A stretch of 64,000 bases of DNA from an uncultured Planctomycetota bacterium. Lineage in GTDB: Bacteria; Planctomycetota; Planctomycetia; Isosphaerales; Isosphaeraceae. Numbering within the stretch: the stretch's first letter is position 1; each line of letters opens with the position of its first letter. Below the pieces are notes generated by a model. That model had not been told where the DNA came from. It made no database searches and saw nothing but the letters and a program-made list of their open reading frames with translations. The stretch is taken from contig CAWGMQ010000004.1 of the NCBI GenBank assembly GCA_963823665.1, positions 1 through 64,000 of the forward strand, read 5' to 3'. Of this stretch, positions 20,615 to 30,850 are shown one piece after another. Made by a program: the position numbers and the translations under genes.

Positions 20615-21880
20615 ATGATGAGCGTCCCGACTCCGACCAGGCCGGCCCTCGACCATGACCCCCGGATCGAGCATTGGGATGCCATGCGAGAGGTCTCTCC
20701 GGCGCTCTTCTCTGACGTGCGCTGCCGTATGGTATTGGAGGGGTGCAAATGGGACCCTCAAGTCGGCGATTTGGCGACCTTGGCGCCGTTCCCGCTGGTC
20801 CTTCCCCCCGGCGTGGCCCGGGCACTGGGCAAACTGGCCGAGCGGCTCACGGCGGAGGCTCTTGACGCGGAGCGGGCCCTGCTGGACCGCCCGGATTGCC
20901 TGAAGATGCTGGGCATGCCCAGAGCTATCCGCGGGGCGCTCGCCATGGCGCTTGAGCCGACTCCGGCCGCGGCCCGGGTGATCCGGTTTGACTTCCATCC
21001 GACCTCAGCCGGTTGGCGGATCTCCGAAGCCAACGCGGACGTGCCCGGCGGCTACACCGAGTCGTCGCTCTTTCCCCGCCTCATGGCCGAGCATTGCCCC
21101 GGGACACAACCCTCGGGCGACCCTGCCCAGGCGCTCGCCGACGCCATCGTCGCGACCAGCGGAAGCTCGGGTTATGTCGGCCTGCTCGCCGCGACCGGCC
21201 ACATGGAGGACCAGCAGGTCATTGCGTTCCTGGCAGGGCTCCTCCGCCGGCGGGGCTGCTCTACGTTCCGCGCCCATCCCCGCCAGGTCATCTGGGACAA
21301 GGGTGTCGCTTTGCTGGCGACTCCCGCCCGGAAACCACAACCACTCGACGTGCTGGTGCGGTTCTACCAGGGCGAGTGGCTGGAACGCCTGACGCGACGG
21401 CATGCCTTCGCGGAGTACTTCCGGGGAGGGCGGACGCCCCTATGTAACCCGGGCACGGCACTTGTGCTCGAATCCAAACGCTTCCCGCTTGTCTGGGATC
21501 GTCTCGGCCTCGAGCTGCCCACCTGGCGAGCCCTGCTCCCACCGACTTTTGACCCGCGGCATCTCAAGCCGCGATTCTGGCGCGGATGTGTCTTGAAGAC
21601 GGCCTTCTGTAACACCGGCGATACGGTGGCATTCGCGGACGGTCCCGACCGGCCGCGCTGGAGCCGCGCCCTGTGGGGGGCTCGCCTGTGCCCCGGTCAG
21701 TGGGTTGCCCAGCGTCAGTTCGAGAGCCTGCCGATCCCCACGCCTCTCGGGTCGATGTACCCCTGCCTCGGGGTCTATACAATCGACGGTCGCGCCGCGG
21801 GGATCTTTGGCAGAATGGCTTCATCGCCGCTTATCGACTTGACCGCGATCGAAGTAGCCGTGCTCCAGAACGCGAATTAG
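20615..21880 (+). CDS. Glutathionylspermidine synthase-like ATP-grasp ligase
   Basis: RFDF...SEANADVPGG (metal/ATP residues), CNP...ESKR, VLKT..CNTG, WVAQ, YPCLGVYTIDG.AAGIFGR. Confidence 0.85.
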   Translation: MMSVPTPTRPALDHDPRIEHWDAMREVSPALFSDVRCRMVLEGCKWDPQVGDLATLAPFPLVLPPGVARALGKLAERLTAEALDAERALLDRPDCLKMLGMPRAIRGALAMALEPTPAAARVIRFDFHPTSAGWRISEANADVPGGYTESSLFPRLMAEHCPGTQPSGDPAQALADAIVATSGSSGYVGLLAATGHMEDQQVIAFLAGLLRRRGCSTFRAHPRQVIWDKGVALLATPARKPQPLDVLVRFYQGEWLERLTRRHAFAEYFRGGRTPLCNPGTALVLESKRFPLVWDRLGLELPTWRALLPPTFDPRHLKPRFWRGCVLKTAFCNTGDTVAFADGPDRPRWSRALWGARLCPGQWVAQRQFESLPIPTPLGSMYPCLGVYTIDGRAAGIFGRMASSPLIDLTAIEVAVLQNAN

Positions 21881-21903
21881 ACGACTCCAGTTGAGGGCTC
21901 GCC

Positions 21904-22677
21904 ATGGAAGGTCGCGGAATTTTCGAAATCTGGGCTCCGCCGCATGGACGTTGGTCGCCCTGGGCCAAGCCGGTCCTGTTTGCCCATCTCGACGCGGTTG
22001 AGGGGCTGCCGCCCATCGACGTCCCCGAGATCACGTTCCCGTTCGATCGGACGAAGGCGGGTGGCACCGCGCTCGTCGTCGACCTGCCCGGCCTGGAGTC
22101 GGTCGGGCTCGCCCTGGAGCTCGCCCGCCTCGGGTATCGACCCGTGCCCCTGTTCAACGCCTGTCCCAAGCCTGCGAGATTCCTGGAAGAGGTCCTGCCC
22201 GAGGTGGTCCCGGCGACGTTGTTGCTGCCGGCGCTGGTGCAAGCGGCCGATCGCCTGAAATCGATCGATCTCCCCGAAGATTGCGCTCCCGCCTTCTTGC
22301 TCGACGCGAACCGCCTGGCAGGCGGAAAGCAGATCGTCCCGGGTTGGTTCGACAACCGCTGGGTCGTCTTCGCGACCGACCTCCCCTCCGCGCGTTTCTT
22401 GGTCTCTCACCAGATCACCGCCGTCGAGCTGATCCACCGCGGGGTGCCTGGGGAGGATGTTCTGGACGTCCTCGGGAACTGGAACCGGGCAGGAATCCCG
22501 CTCTGGCACACCGACCTGGACCACCCCGGCCCGCCGCGCCCCCTGGCCCTACCCGCGGCGTGGTTCCTGGGCCTCTCCCGATTCGCGCGGCGACTCTGGG
22601 CCCTTTTCAACCTTCGACGTAACCCCCGTGGCGGATATGGCGGTATTGTCCCCGAGTCCGGGTCATCCGGTGGCTGA
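21904..22677 (+). CDS. Hypothetical protein with C-terminal RGGYGG...SSGG tail
   Basis: Intact ORF 23 bp after the ligase; globular, no signal peptide. Confidence 0.8.
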   Translation: MEGRGIFEIWAPPHGRWSPWAKPVLFAHLDAVEGLPPIDVPEITFPFDRTKAGGTALVVDLPGLESVGLALELARLGYRPVPLFNACPKPARFLEEVLPEVVPATLLLPALVQAADRLKSIDLPEDCAPAFLLDANRLAGGKQIVPGWFDNRWVVFATDLPSARFLVSHQITAVELIHRGVPGEDVLDVLGNWNRAGIPLWHTDLDHPGPPRPLALPAAWFLGLSRFARRLWALFNLRRNPRGGYGGIVPESGSSGG

Positions 22678-22699
22678 CGCGGGAGGTCGATGAGCCGGG

Positions 22700-22722
22700 G
22701 AAAAGGTGTCAGGAACCAAAAA
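22700..22722. repeat. Solo REP-like motif GAAAAGGTGTCAGGAACCAAAAA
   Basis: Same motif as at 10855 and 34934. Confidence 0.8.
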
Positions 22723-22796
22723 CTCAATCCGTAGGGAGCCTGCCCCTGGGCTGTTGAAAACTCGCAGTACACGGAGCGAAGACCGCCCAAGGCGGC

Positions 22797-25700
22797 TCAG
22801 GGTCCAGAACCCCGTTCCTCGGAAACCTTGAACACGTCCTCGGCCTCGTCACGGAGGACTTCGATTTCCACATTGTCCCAGAACACCTTTTCAATGGCTG
22901 TGCCGCGCCAGTTCCGGAGCTTCACCATCCAGCTTCTTGCCTCCGCGTTCCGCCCCAATTTGTGGGCCGCCATGGCCAGGAATGCCCAATCCTGCGGCAT
23001 CTCCTGGCCTCCGCGAAGCCGGATCCCTTCCATCAGTCGATCGATCGCGTCCTGATGGCGGCCGGCACGATAGAGCAGCGAACCCAATGTGTTGAGGAAA
23101 ATCGAACGATCTCCAGGCAACACCTTCGCAACTGAGCGCTCCATCTTGACCACGGGATCAACGTAGCGATCGATCAGGTCGTTCGCTAGCGCGAGCGCCC
23201 ACGCCGGGTTATTGACAGCCATGCCGTCGGGGATGGACGCGAGATCTTTCTGGATCTCGCCCCCGAGTCGGTGTCGCCCGTCGCGATCTCCGGCCTTGGC
23301 GAAGATCAGGGCTTGATGGATCGTCGGCACGAGCGCCGCGCCCTTCTGCGACCCCGCTCCCGCCAGGAGCGAGGCAGCCGCGCCCCATTGTCCGCGACGC
23401 GCGAGATCCTCGGCGACGCCGAAGATGCGATCCGGGGCGATCCCCAGGAAGAGGGCCCGGCGGCGGTCGATTGAGGCAGAAGGCTCGTCGCCAGACTCGC
23501 TCTTCACCTCGGATCGTTCGAGGAAGTTCGTTCCCTCGCCGGGCCGCTTTTCGACCAGGCGGTCCAGATACCACAGCGCATCGCGCCACCGGCGATGACG
23601 GCGAGAGTCGATCGCCCGGTAGGCGATCCAGTCCAGCACGGAGTCGGCCGGCCCGAGCGAGAGCGCCCGGTCGTAGTCGGCCGCCGCTTCCGCGGCCCGC
23701 CCGGTCTCCAGGTGGATGCTTGCCCGCTCTGCCACCGGCAGCCAATGCGTGGGATGCCTCGCGATCAAACGTCCGACATGCCAGAGTGCGGCGCCGAAAT
23801 CATCCTCGCTCGATGCCTGGCGGGCGGCGGCGGTGTCCCAGGTGTCGAGGTTCTCGCTCGCGATCCCGGGGCCCAAGCCCAACGAATCGGTCGCGCTGTC
23901 CGGGCCGAGAGCGGCTCGCCGATCGGCCGGATCGATGCTCGGGAGCGATTGATCGGCAGCCATGCGCCGCCCCGTGAGCGCTTCGATCCGCCGCGCGATC
24001 CGGTCGGCCGGAACGTCGTCGTCGACAACCGGAACAGGCCAGCGCACCGGCATGGTACCGGCGGCGGTCGCGACGATCGAACGCCCAAGGTCGGCGAAGC
24101 CGACCGCGATGATCGCCCCGTCAAGGACCCGCGCAGGGCCGAGCCCCTTGCCGGTGTTTCTATCGAAGAGGCGCACGGTACCGTCGCTCGTGCCAACGAC
24201 GAACGTATCGCCGGCCGGTCCAAACGCGATGGCGGAGACGGCGCGACCCACGTCGATAGGCAACCCGATCGGGCGGCCGGTCTGGGCATCCCAGAGCCGA
24301 ACCGTCCCTTCCGATGTCCCCGTGACCATCGCGGCTGCGTCCGGGGCAAGCGCCCCGACCAGGCTCGCAACGCCGGCAGACACCGCCGGCGCGATCGGCT
24401 GGCCGGTGGCCACGTCCCAGAGCCGGGCCTCCGACGTCGTGCGCGTCCACAGCCGCCCCCCGCCGCCGACGAATTGAATCGACTCGACTGCCCCCCGGCA
24501 GACCATTCCCTTTCCGAGCGTCTTCCTCGCGGCGAGGTCCCAGAGGAGGCCGTTGGGCGCATCCGCAGGCATTCCAATCAATCCCACGGCGAGCGTTCGT
24601 CCATCTGGGCTGAATCCCAGGGACCAGACGATGCCGGGCTGCCGCAGTGGGGGACCGCTCCGCTGCCCTGTGACCGCATCCCAGAGTTGGACCAGCCGAT
24701 TGTAGTCGCCAGTGGCGAGCGCCCTGCCGTCGGGACTGAACGCCACCACCTGGACATAGTTGGAAAGGCGGAGGGGCTCGGTGATCGGGCGGCCGTTGGC
24801 TGAGTCCCAGATTCGCGCGGTGCCGTCGATACTGCCGGTCGCCACCCGGCTTCCGTCGACGCTGAACGCGAGCGCGGAGATCCATCCCGCGTGCCGCATG
24901 GGCAGTCCAATCGGCCGCTGGCTCCCTGCATCCCACAAGCTGGCAGTGTGGACCGGGTATTGCACGACCAGGGCCGCTACTGCGTTCGGTGCATGGATCG
25001 CGGGGCCGGCGGCGGCCCGCTGGGTGTCCAGCGGCCAGGCCATGCCGCCCGCGTCCGGTCCCACGGAATCCCGCGGCGGAATCATCAAGTCGGGGCTGAG
25101 GTCCCACTGCCAGATAGAGCCATCGCTCAGGCCGGCGAACACGCGTAACCCATCGAGTCCCAGAGCCAGGGATTTCACCTTACCCGGATGAGCGAGGGGC
25201 TCGCCGAGCGAACGGCCCGTGCGGGCGTCCCAGAACCGAACCTCGCCGTGCTCGTCCCCGACGACCACGATCCGACCGTCCGGGGTGAATGCCATCGAGT
25301 TCGCCACGGCGGCGATCGAAATCTCTCGAATCAGGCGCGAGTCGGTAGTACTCCAGATGCGAACAAGCCGCTCCTCGCCGGCGGTGAGGATCGTCTTTGC
25401 GTCGGGTGCTATCGCCAGTGCAGTGACCACGAGGCCGTGGAGTATGTCAGTTCCTTGGCGGCCGCCGGCACCACGGTGAATCCCGACGTGTCCCCCATTA
25501 ACCTCGACCAAACACCACTCTTCTTCGGCCCCGCGGAAGGCGGCGAGGGTCGGGTCACCACGGCTGAACTCCCGGATGAGCGCGGCCGTGCCGGCGTTCC
25601 AGAGTCGCGCCACTCCGTCCGCGCAGCCGGTCAGCACGGTTTGGCCGTCCGTCGAGAATGCGGCGAAACGGACCGGCGCGGGATGCGCGAGAAGCGTGCT

Positions 25701-27592
25701 TTTGGGCTCACTGCCGAGTCTCCAGATCCGGGTGACGTTCTCGCCGCCCCCGGCCAGGAGCGATTGACCATCGGGGGAGAGCGCGATCGTGTAGACCGGG
25801 CCGGGGTGCGCTAGATCCGGTCCCGCTCCGGCACCGGTGCCTGAGTCCCAGGATCGGACCGTCCCCAAGCTGTCGGCCGCGAACACACGGCGGCCGTCCG
25901 GGTGCGGAACGATCGACGTCACCGTCGCCGGCCCGCCGGTGAACACGCGCTTGGGCGCGTGAACGCGCCGGCTCCACGCCGCGAGGTTCACGCGCACCGC
26001 GCGGCGGAGGCCCTTGGCTTGATCAGGTGCCAGCCGAAGTCCCTCGAGCATCCAGTGCAGGCCCCTGGCGACCTCGCCGCGTTCGGCCAGGTTCAAGCCA
26101 CGCTCGAGTGCCAGATCAGCGGTCTGAAGCTGAAGTCCGTCGCGCGACTCGATCGCTCTGGAGCGTGCCTGGTCGGCCTCGGTCTGCGCGACCTTTGCCA
26201 GCCCGAGCTGGTGCGCGGTCCGGTCCTCCGCGGCGATCGCCGCCCGCCATTTCCACGTGACTCCCGCCAGTCCGCCCGCCAGCGCGCAGACCAAGGCCGC
26301 CGAGAGCGCGGCGACGGACCGGTGGCGACGGGCCCAGTTCCACGCACGCTCGAGCGCCCCGCGCGGCGCGCGACGATGATCTCGCCCGCCGCGAACCGGC
26401 GGAGGTCGTCGGCCAGGTCTGCTGCCGAGGCATACCGCCGCGACGGCTCCTTCTGGAGGCATTTGAGCGCGATCGTCTCGGCATCGCGAGCCAGGCCGGG
26501 CACCAATCGCGACGGCGCGACCGGTTCGGCCGTCCGGACCTGGGCCAGCGTCTCAAGCGCCGTCGTCCCCTTGAACGGCGGCCGCCCGGTGACCAGCTCA
26601 TAGAAGATCGCGCCCAGCGAGTAGATGTCAGCCGGCCGCCCGATCGACCGGGTATGGTCCTCGGCTTGCTCGGGTGCCATGTAGCAGGGAGTGCCCAGCA
26701 CGCGGTCGGTGCGCGTCAAGTCGGTCTCCGATTCGAGCGACTTGGCCAGGCCGAAGTCGGCTACCTTGGGCGTGCCGTCGTCGGCCAGCAGGATGTTGGC
26801 CGGCTTCAAGTCGCGGTGAATGATTCCCAGCCGGTGCGCCTCCGCGACTCCGCGTGCCACCTGCTCGAGCGTCCGCGCCGCCCTCTTGGCCGCCCAGGGC
26901 GTGCCGTCCACCCGTCCGCTCAGGCTGCCGGCGGCGAAGTACTCCATCGAGTAGAACGGCAGTCCGTCGCACTCGCCCCGGTCATAAACCTGAACGACGT
27001 TGGCATGGCGAAGCCGGGCGATCGATTCAGCCTCGGTCAAGAATCGGGTGAGCGCCTCTTGCGAGGCGTAGCCGCCCGCGGAAACCATCTTGAGGGCGAC
27101 CAGCCGGTTGAGGCGGACCTGGCGTGCGCGATAGACGACGCCCATCCCGCCGCGGCCGACGACCTCGAGCAGCTCATATCCCTCCGGAACCGGGCCGGCG
27201 CGATTGTCCATCGGGCCCGGGCCGCCGTTCGCGCCGCCTGAGGCGAACGTCGCGTCGGGCACACCGTCCTCCTCGTCCGAGCCGAGCTCGGTCGACTCTC
27301 GGCTCTTGCCCGCGCTGAAAAGCGATGCGATCGCCGCGGCTCCTTGAGGGAATCGCGCATCGTAGTCGGCGTGGGCAGGCTCTTCGCCGGCAGCCCGCCG
27401 CAGCGCCACCTCGAGCGCGACCAATTCGTGCATGGCCGCGCTTGACTCAGCGTCACCCAAACCCTCGAGGAAGTCTTCGATCCGTGGACGCTCTCCACCT
27501 GCCCAGGCCGCCTCGAACCGGTCGCAAAGGCCGTCGACTCGCAGGACCAATGTCGGAGACAATCCTGCGCCTTCTCCACCCTTCTTCGTCAT
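22797..27592 (-). CDS. Ser/Thr protein kinase with WD40 repeats and TPR C-terminus (frameshift near 26370)
   Basis: ORF 26093-27592 has GRGGMGVVY, HRDLKPAN, DFGLAK, GTPCYMAPE. It continues in ORF 22797-26462 with a TM helix, WD40 repeats and TPR. Confidence 0.92.
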
Positions 27593-28212
27593 GGACCGGC
27601 CTCCGCGCCCCAGAGCGTTCGGATGACCTCGAGCTTGCGTTCCACAGTCCGGCTGACGCAGCCGATTCTCTTGGCGATCTCCTGGTTGGTATGACCCTCC
27701 ATGCGCAGGACCGCGACCTGGCGGAGCGTTGCGTCAGGGAGCGAGGCGAGCTTGCTCGCCGTCTCCTCGGCGATCATGACCACGAACTCAGGAGTGGGCT
27801 CTGCGCTCACGAATTGAGCCAGGACGTCGGTGTGGTCGCTGCCGGCCGCCAGCGCCGCCTCGTCCACCACGCGGCCGCCGCCGCGTTTCTGCTGCGCCTC
27901 GGACCGGATCCGGTTGAGTGCCTTGCGCGCCGTGATCACGACCAGCAGCCGCCAGAGCTCGTCACGGCCGCGCACCTCGGGAAGTTGTCCCGCCGAGATC
28001 CGGTCCCAGAGGCTGTTCAAGGCGCTCAGCGCCACATCTTCTTCGTCGGCAGCTCCCGCGGGGTGGCGACCGGCAGAGAGCCGCTTGCGGGCCAGTACCG
28101 CCAACCGCTCGAAATAGCGGGACCAGAGCCGCTCCATGGCGTCGCGGTCGCCTTCCTTGACGTCCCCGATCCACCGCGTGACGGACCCGTCTCCCTCGAA
28201 GCTCGCCACCAT
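27589..28212 (-). CDS. ECF sigma factor, kinase-associated
   Basis: GSVTRWIGDVKEGD..AMERLWSRYFERL, DEEDVALSA, LWRLLVVITARK, EPTPEF, EIAKRIGCVSRTVERKL; 4-bp overlap with the kinase. Confidence 0.92.
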   Translation of the reverse strand: MVASFEGDGSVTRWIGDVKEGDRDAMERLWSRYFERLAVLARKRLSAGRHPAGAADEEDVALSALNSLWDRISAGQLPEVRGRDELWRLLVVITARKALNRIRSEAQQKRGGGRVVDEAALAAGSDHTDVLAQFVSAEPTPEFVVMIAEETASKLASLPDATLRQVAVLRMEGHTNQEIAKRIGCVSRTVERKLEVIRTLWGAEAGP

Positions 28213-28473
28213 GGAAACGGGCCCCGCCCGATCGTTCGTCTTGATTTCTCGAGACGTCAGCGTCGGCTGCCATCCTAGCACGCATGCGGCCGTCCGACAA
28301 CCACCTCCGGCAAACGTGATTAACCAATCGACGGTTTTTTCTCCCCTCGTGTGTCGGGTCGACGGCGGTTTCGGTCATCGAAGGGGGAATCCGGTGCGTT
28401 GCCCGCCCGAGTGGACGAGACGGGGCGCCACGGAAAAGCTGATCGAGCCGTCCGCCAGCGAGAGGAAATCAGC

Positions 28474-30684
28474 ATGCAAGCCCAACTGTCCGTCGCCCTG
28501 GAACATCATCGGCGGGGTGCCCTGTCCGAGGCGGCCTGGCATTACCGGACGATCCTGGCCGACCGGCCCGCTCACGCCGATGCCAATCACCTGCTCGGCG
28601 TCGTGGCCCTCCAGCAGGGCGAGCCCAGGTGCGCGGCCGAGCTGATCGGCCGGGCCATCGCGCTTGAGCCTGGTTGTGCAACCTATCACGGCAACCTGGC
28701 GGAGGCCTATCGCCTGCTCGAACGGCCCGACCGTGCGATCGCCGCCGGCCGGACCGCTCTGCGGCTCCAGCCCGACTTCCCCGAAGCCGCCAACGTTCTC
28801 GGCCTGACGCACCTGGCCCGTGGGCAAGTTGACGAAGCCATCCATCAATTCCAGGAGGCCATCCGACTGCGCCCCGGGTTCGCATTGGCCCACAACAACC
28901 TGGGCAACGCCTGGCTCGCCAGGGACGACAAGCAGCAAGCCCTGGCTGCCTTCCATCGCGCCGTGGAGCTGGAGCCCGGCCTGGTCGAGGCCCGCTCCAA
29001 TCTCGGCCAGTTGCTGCTCGAAGAGGGGAAGGTTCAAGAGGCGATCGACCAATGCCGGGAGGCCGTTCGGCTGCGCCCGAATTTCGCCGAGGGCCTCTGC
29101 AACCTCGGCAACGCACTCAGGCAGCGCGGCGAGCTCAACGAGGCCAAGCGGTGCTATGCCGAGGCACTGCGGCTGGCGCCCGACATCGCCATGGTCCACA
29201 ACAACCTGGGCCAGGCCCTTCAGGAAGAAGGCAGCCTGGATGAGGCGGTCGCCTGTTACCTGACGGCGCTCCAGATCGAGCCGGACTCGGCCCGGTTCCA
29301 CGCGAACCTGGCCAGCGCCCTGGTCGACCAGGAGAAGCCGGACGAGGCCGCCGCGCGGTTCGAGACGACCATTAGCCTGGACCCGGATTTTGCACCCGCC
29401 CACAACGGCCTGGGGGCCGTGCGGCGCGACCAGGGCCGGTACGAGGAGGCCAGGACCTGCTTCGAGCGCGCCCTCGAGATCGACCCCGACCTCACGGGCT
29501 CCCGCTGTGCGCTGGGCGGCATCTTTGAGGAACAAGGCGACTTCGAGGCGGCCCGGGCCTGCTTCCGCGAGGCCCTTCGCCGAGACCCGAAGAATGCCGC
29601 CGCCCTCGGCCACTCCGCGACCCTAGAGAAGGGCGAGCTGCCCGAGGAAGACCTGGCCGCCATGACCGAGCTCCTCAGAGACCCGGAACTGAGGGACGGC
29701 GCCCGCGTGACCCTGCACTTTGGACTGGCGCAGGTGCTCGACGCCCGCGGCGAGTTCGCCGCGGCCGCCCTGCACCTGGAGCAAGCCAATCAGCTCGACC
29801 TGGCGGACAGGCGGCGCCATGGCCGGTCCTATGAGCCATCCCGCCACGCCCTGCTGGTCAATGCACTCCTCGCGATCTGCACGCCGGAATTCTTCGAGCG
29901 GGCACGCGACTTCGGCTCGCAATCAGAACGCCCTGTCTTCATCGTCGGCCTGCCGCGCTCGGGCACCACTCTCACCGAGCAGATCCTCTCCAGCCACTCG
30001 CAAGTGCACGGGGCCGGCGAGCTGACCCTGGCCCCATCCGCGTTCGAGGCACTGCCTGCGAGCCTCGGCCCGGATGGCACGCCGGCCGAGTGCCTCGGCC
30101 GGCTCGAAGCCTCGACCGCCCGGCGCCTGGCGGAAGCGCACCTGGAACGGCTGGCCAAGCTTGACGCCACGGCCGAGCGGGTCGTCGACAAGTTACCCGA
30201 CAATTACCTCTACATGGGAATGCTGGCTGCGATCTTCCCCAAGGCCAGGTTCATCCACTGCCGCCGCGACCTCCGCGATGTGGCCGTCTCGTGCTGGATG
30301 ACCAACTTCGCGCAAATCCGCTGGGCCAACGACCCGGCCCACATCGCCGACCGGTTTCGCCAGTACGTTCGACTGACGGACCACTGGCGCCGGGTGCTGC
30401 CGGTTCCCGTCCTGGAAGTGCACTACGAAGACCTGGTCAGAAATCTTGAGGGAGAGGCTCGCCGGCTCGTGAATTGGTGTGGACTCGAGTGGGAGCCGGC
30501 CTGCCGGGCCTTCCACGAGACCCGCCGCCCCGTCCGCACCGCCAGCGTCTCCCAGGTCCGCCAGCCGATCTACACGCGATCAGTGGCCCGTTGGAAACAC
30601 TACGAACCCGCACTGGCATCCCTGTTCGCCGACCTGCCCGGCGAGCAAGAGCGCGCGGGCGCGGAAGGCTCGCGGCTCTCGTAG
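28474..30684 (+). CDS. TPR-containing sulfotransferase
   Basis: About 11 TPRs, then PVFIVGLPRSGTTLTEQILSSH (PAPS-binding), DKLPDN, IHCRRD, YEDLV, TASVSQVRQPIY. Confidence 0.93.
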   Translation: MQAQLSVALEHHRRGALSEAAWHYRTILADRPAHADANHLLGVVALQQGEPRCAAELIGRAIALEPGCATYHGNLAEAYRLLERPDRAIAAGRTALRLQPDFPEAANVLGLTHLARGQVDEAIHQFQEAIRLRPGFALAHNNLGNAWLARDDKQQALAAFHRAVELEPGLVEARSNLGQLLLEEGKVQEAIDQCREAVRLRPNFAEGLCNLGNALRQRGELNEAKRCYAEALRLAPDIAMVHNNLGQALQEEGSLDEAVACYLTALQIEPDSARFHANLASALVDQEKPDEAAARFETTISLDPDFAPAHNGLGAVRRDQGRYEEARTCFERALEIDPDLTGSRCALGGIFEEQGDFEAARACFREALRRDPKNAAALGHSATLEKGELPEEDLAAMTELLRDPELRDGARVTLHFGLAQVLDARGEFAAAALHLEQANQLDLADRRRHGRSYEPSRHALLVNALLAICTPEFFERARDFGSQSERPVFIVGLPRSGTTLTEQILSSHSQVHGAGELTLAPSAFEALPASLGPDGTPAECLGRLEASTARRLAEAHLERLAKLDATAERVVDKLPDNYLYMGMLAAIFPKARFIHCRRDLRDVAVSCWMTNFAQIRWANDPAHIADRFRQYVRLTDHWRRVLPVPVLEVHYEDLVRNLEGEARRLVNWCGLEWEPACRAFHETRRPVRTASVSQVRQPIYTRSVARWKHYEPALASLFADLPGEQERAGAEGSRLS

Positions 30685-30850
30685 TCCGAGCGCTTTCTAC
30701 CACTCAATCCCCGAGATCGGTGGGCGATGCCCACGCGACCGAGAACGCCGTGCGACTTCTCTCTGGTCCCGAGGCCCGCTCCGGTCCAACCGAGTCAGTC
30801 CCAACCCGATTTCGCCCGATCCCGATTCCCCAACCGACAGGAGATCCACG

